41,264 bases of DNA from Sphaeroforma arctica JP610. Lineage: Eukaryota. Under the pieces are notes generated by a model. It made no database searches and was not told where the DNA came from. It worked only from the letters and a program-made list of their open reading frames with translations. The position numbers and the translations under genes were made by a program. The stretch covers positions 1-41,264 of the forward strand of contig NW_014039749.1 in the NCBI RefSeq assembly GCF_001186125.1, given 5' to 3'. How positions within the stretch are numbered: position 1 is the first letter of the stretch; the number at the start of each line of letters is the position of its first letter. Shown piece by piece: positions 36,701-41,264 of this stretch.

Positions 36701-37148
36701 NNNNNNNNNNNNNNNNNNNNNNNNNNNNNNNNNNNNNNNNNNNNNNNNNNNNNNNNNNNNNNNNNNNNNNNNNNNNNNNNNNNNNNNNNNNNNNNNNNNN
36801 NNNNNNNNNNNNNNNNNNNNNNNNNNNNNNNNNNNNNNNNNNNNNNNNNNNNNNNNNNNNNNNNNNNNNNNNNNNNNNNNNNNNNNNNNNNNNNNNNNNN
36901 NNNNNNNNNNNNNNNNNNNNNNNNNNNNNNNNNNNNNNNNNNNNNNNNNNNNNNNNNNNNNNNNNNNNNNNNNNNNNNNNNNNNNNNNNNNNNNNNNNNN
37001 NNNNNNNNNNNNNNNNNNNNNNNNNNNNNNNNNNNNNNNNNNNNNNNNNNNNNNNNNNNNNNNNNNNNNNNNNNNNNNNNNNNNNNNNNNNNNNNNNNNN
37101 NNNNNNNNNNNNNNNNNNNNNNNNNNNNNNNNNNNNNNTATATATTAG

Positions 37149-37182
<34 letters not shown>

Positions 37183-37183
37183 G

Positions 37184-37214
<31 letters not shown>

Positions 37215-40200
37215 ATGCGTGTTTTAAAATGGTTAAAATAGTTAAGCGAACAACAAAGGTGTCAATGTCCGTCCGCGGGCACATGCAAAGGTAACGACCA
37301 CATGAATTGAGTAATATACAAAGTCAGATCAACGACCGTTCAGAGACTTACCTGAAATTTCCATGCATTGGTCATACTGATGGGATTCTATGAAGACAAA
37401 GTACACGAAGAAGGACAGGGCCGTCCAGATGATACCGTATACAGATCCCGTGCGAACCTATAATTAACAAGGGCCATATGATGCCAGATCCTCAAAACAT
37501 TTTCATACAGGTACCATGACACCGAAATTTGATGTCTCATATGAACCTATGGACAACGACGGGATCATGTGACGCTTGCTATCTATCTAAGATATACGTT
37601 CTTACATATATCGTCACAACAAGTATCGATATAGAATGTTTTCATGAGAGAGCTGAGAAAATACATCGAGGATGACAATTGCGTAACACACTCTGATATT
37701 TCCGCCAATTTTACTTTTAATACACAAAAAAAGAACAAGTGTGTCAACAAGAGAATGTGTCGGATCCGAGTGATAGCCCTATCAGATTCAAACCTCCCAC
37801 ACTCAGCAAATATGATTCGATACTCTGTACATAGAGCTAATCGGACGCGATAAACGTTTCATAAAATTGGAATCCGAACCTTTACACCATGCAGTAAAGA
37901 TTCCCTCTTACTTGCATACAGTAAAGATCCGCTCTTACTTGCATATCGCAGCAAAGGCAGGAAATATCTGATGCATATCTGATACAGTCTCTTGCGCTAT
38001 TTGATAGTAATAGTACAACGATCTACCAACGTTCCAGGATAGATCTTGAGATACACTAGACACAAAGATGAAGACCATACCAAATCAATGAACCCGGCCT
38101 GTGCAATGCCACGATCAATTGCTAGCGGAGTGGAAATCCCGAACGACTTCGCGTACAATGCTGACTGAATGGATGACCGATTCCACGATAATTTCAATGC
38201 GAGAAAAATTAGTAAATTCATTTATTCAGTGCTACATCGGATCTTTCAAAATTCGAAACATTTTGAATAGACTCATTGTATACTGTTGGATTTGTGATCT
38301 GTGATTTGTATACAATGGCGCAGAATGCGATAATCATCATCGCTACAAGCGGTCGGTGCACGTGGTTGTAGACAGTGCGTCACAGTCACAAACAACTTCA
38401 GTACCTTCGAAGTAATGGGCACCAAAACATAACACATACGGCGACGTTATAAAAGGTACATTTCCGGAGTCACGATACACCGGTATTATATCCAGAAGAT
38501 TCTTTGCCCATGGTTCCATTTATAAAACACGCACTAATTCCTGTACGTTCGTATACCACTCTTGTATCAAAGTGCTTACCAAGATGGCGAAGAAAGGAAG
38601 CGGTGCACATGCAACCCCAAGACCATTGATGAACACCCTGCAGTCGATAAAACAAGATCCACAGGATGAATTATGAATATAGTTGTACCAAAACACATTT
38701 ATGCGACGAGGGGGTTAAGGGCAGTAGCCGATGGAAGGGTGATATTGATCTGACATAGATAACATTGAAAATAATTTTCATAATTAAATTTTTATTATTA
38801 TTCAAGGACAATCTGAAGCTAACAATATACGTACTGAAATCATTAGCATCACATCAACCCCTCAGGGAGGTCAATGCGTATCGCATAGAAGAAATACATG
38901 CTATTCCTATTCATGCTCATGCCGCACAGGCATGCTCGCAATATAATTCCCCATGATACGAAAGTGTGCATTGGCAAATTGACTACAGAGCCCGACACGT
39001 GACAACAAACCAAGACGGGGAAGGACAGCTATGACACCGAGACAGTTGTGGGCCTGTAGATTGTTTGCAGGTCATATGAACATAGACGTCACAGAACACA
39101 AAGACGTATTTGACTCAGGTAGACGTCGAAATCACATTCAACGGAAGAAGGTACATACATCTAGCGTATTCCGCTATTCGTCAACATTCACCGTATTCGT
39201 ACACGTGCATATATCAAATGATAATCTCTCTATTATGCTCACAGGAATAGACAGCTATTCCGATTCATCCTAACAAACCTGTTTACGATGGGTCTTAGCA
39301 TTCGATCGATGTCCTGTCTGGCCTTCTTGGAGAATTCGGCTGCCAACTGCTTCGAAGTGATTCCGGCTGCCCTGAGTGCTTGGTCAGCTAGTAAGAAACA
39401 CGCAGGAATTAAAAATAAGATAATACAACCACTTCTTTATCATGCATGTGCTCGAGCATAGGTGTGGTTCAGTCCTACAATACAGCGTGAGCATACATAT
39501 AATGCATACACACCACAACAGTGGTATGGGGCACAAATACACACTCCACTGTCGCCATGATTATGTTACCGATATCCAAGTCCAAAAATGGAGCAGACAG
39601 AAATGTATTAGTACAGTTATACTTACTCGAGCAACAAAAGAGTACATACACCAAGCGCAGGGTACAGCTCATACGGCGAACAGCACAAGACGCGGCAAAT
39701 GCATGGTAACGTATAGAAAGCAGACACGACTCGGAACAAACACATCACCAACAAGGAAGCGCAAGCGTTTGCTACGTGGATATACCCAATCACTTCTAGT
39801 AGATCATATGTACTGGAACCATACCTTCGATCAAATTGCCCATCTTCATTTCTACCTCACATATTCTCCTTCCTTCAGCTTTGAGCGCCTGAATTTCGGG
39901 GTCAGTGTTCTGTGCACCACAAGCGGATTCGCAGAATCTATTAGCGTTGCAACACGAACGGAGACGCTCGAATCGCTCTAACGAACCGAGCTGATATTAC
40001 CTGCAGTTGTATCTGATCTCCTATCAATGTGAAATATTAGGTGAAGATACACATAGACGTTTACATACTATAAGTGCACTATGAATCTTTATCAACATAT
40101 ACTAATAAGTATAAGTACATAAACATATATATACTGTGCACAATTTTTTTCTTTCTACTTTATGGCATGGAATACGCTGGGATAGCGAAGAACAATAAGA

Positions 40201-40666
40201 AACAGGCGACCCCAACAACTGTTCAACTTCTCACCGGGAATAATATTCAACAACATCCGGTAAACGACTCTAGTTAGAAAACTAGTTCAAGTATCTATAA
40301 TCAACTGCAGTGACCATACTGTATTTTGTGATATTGTGTATGTACTTCTGTCATGTGAAAAAAGCACTTATTAAGTCATTATATATCTACCTCTCCCTCG
40401 TGCCAAGCGTAGACAACACGTATGTGCAGTCTCTGCTTCTGCGTAAACCGATCTTCACATGTAATACATCAACAATAATGAATGGGCGCAACGTGAAACG
40501 GCATGATGCACACGCACACATACCTGTAGAAAGTGTGGGAATTCGACATAAACAGAAAGCACAGCTCCAATGAAGAACAGTACCATCAACACCGACAGAT
40601 GTATTTTAGGAAGATCAAATAGACGTCGACCATTACCAAGTTTCTTCTGGCAGAAATGCACAAAAA
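33315..40666 (-). CDS. Multi-pass membrane protein with a C-terminal Pro-rich region and WH2-C-Acidic (WCA/VCA) module; 5' end lies outside the window; ~470-480 aa visible
   Basis: Phase-consistent minus-strand exons: 40666-40524, 39909-39861, 39387-39279, 38637-38580, 38164-38027 (or alternative donor at 38081), 37457-37352, 36087-35917, 35554-35303, 35176-35118 (or a 14-nt version from 35131), 34779-34740, 34512-34366, 34078-33987. These are followed by either 33368-33315 or 33904-33882 plus 33692-33641. There are 6-7 hydrophobic segments, then DDLPPPPPLSDDEDD, then SSFLDDIKRGKQLKPT...NSIYDTINKM-VDKRRAAVKVDSSDDGW*. Confidence 0.75.
34764..35074. repeat. Recent ~160-bp tandem duplication spanning a minus-strand splice acceptor
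   Basis: TATACCTATCGGCGCGCTATGGGTGGGGACAGCTCAAAAAGATGGGAAGTTGTGAGTGCGAG... occurs at 34764 and 34923 with few differences. Confidence 0.92.
36698..37138. other. Assembly gap (441 N) flanked by TA microsatellite
   Basis: N run inside an intron of the minus-strand gene. The flanking exons join in phase 1 without needing an extra exon. Confidence 0.99.
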
Positions 40667-40850
40667 CTGAGGTATTTGCGCGTAGGATGAAAAGATCAAT
40701 ATTAAAATCGATACAACTGTCAGGTCATGAAAACACATGGTAAGTAAGAATGTCATTGGGTGCCGATTAAACCACGAAAAAATCATTATTAGGTAATATA
40801 CACGAATGTAACATAGACAATCACAAAGCAGAACCGACAAACCGTTCTAC

Positions 40851-40948
40851 CTATATATATACATATAAGTATATATATATATATATATATACATTTATAT
40901 ATATACATAAATATATATATATATATATATATACATTTATATATATAC

Positions 40949-40985
<37 letters not shown>

Positions 40986-41024
40986 AATACATATATATAT
41001 ATATATATGCGTATACATATATAT

Positions 41025-41059
<35 letters not shown>

Positions 41060-41161
41060 CAAATATATATGCATATATATATTATATATATATAAACTTC
41101 TATATATATATATATATATATATATATGACAGTTTATATTTATATATATATATACAAAAAC

Positions 41162-41211
<50 letters not shown>

Positions 41212-41255
41212 GCATATATATATATAGATACACAAAAACATACATACATACACAA
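40851..41255. repeat. (TA)n compound microsatellite
   Basis: Long TA runs interrupted by CA and CATA. Confidence 0.95.
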
Positions 41256-41264
41256 ATAAATGTG

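Noticed and set aside
36481..37284. Long ORFs containing X runs
   Set aside because: They are artefacts of the N gap and flanking TA repeats.
37892..37945. 27-bp tandem duplication (similar short ones at 599-731, 26613-26646, 30527-30569, 36197-36261)
   Set aside because: These are ordinary local slippage duplications in non-coding DNA, with no sign of function.
39940..40000. Apparent minus-strand acceptor CTGCAG| at 40001/40000
   Set aside because: All three frames hit stops. The phase-compatible exon starts at 39909.

Overview
Intron-rich eukaryotic genomic DNA with GT-AG introns, AT/CA microsatellites and one 441-N gap. The gene content suggests a holozoan, possibly a unicellular one such as an ichthyosporean; this is an inference only. 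Splicing exons by hand and checking intron phases gives four protein-coding genes. (1) A 35-exon, ~1,900-aa formin of the Fmn/Cappuccino subfamily (+, 1083-20156), whose FH1 domain is an array of 12 phase-1 poly-proline micro-exons with two decayed pseudo-exons among them. (2) A 12-exon RUS1/DUF647-family gene (+, 21087-25852). (3) A syntenin-like tandem-PDZ coding exon with no visible start codon (-, 27222-28124). (4) A 5'-truncated minus-strand gene (40666 to 33315) encoding a multi-pass membrane protein whose tail carries an acidic LPPPPP motif, a WH2 motif, a C helix and an acidic Trp-containing end. This is a complete WCA/VCA Arp2/3-activator module on a polytopic membrane protein, with tandemly triplicated candidate last exons, and it is the most novel item. 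A MITE-like inverted-repeat element, several palindromes and several local duplications spanning splice sites are also present. All exon models are manual predictions without transcript evidence.
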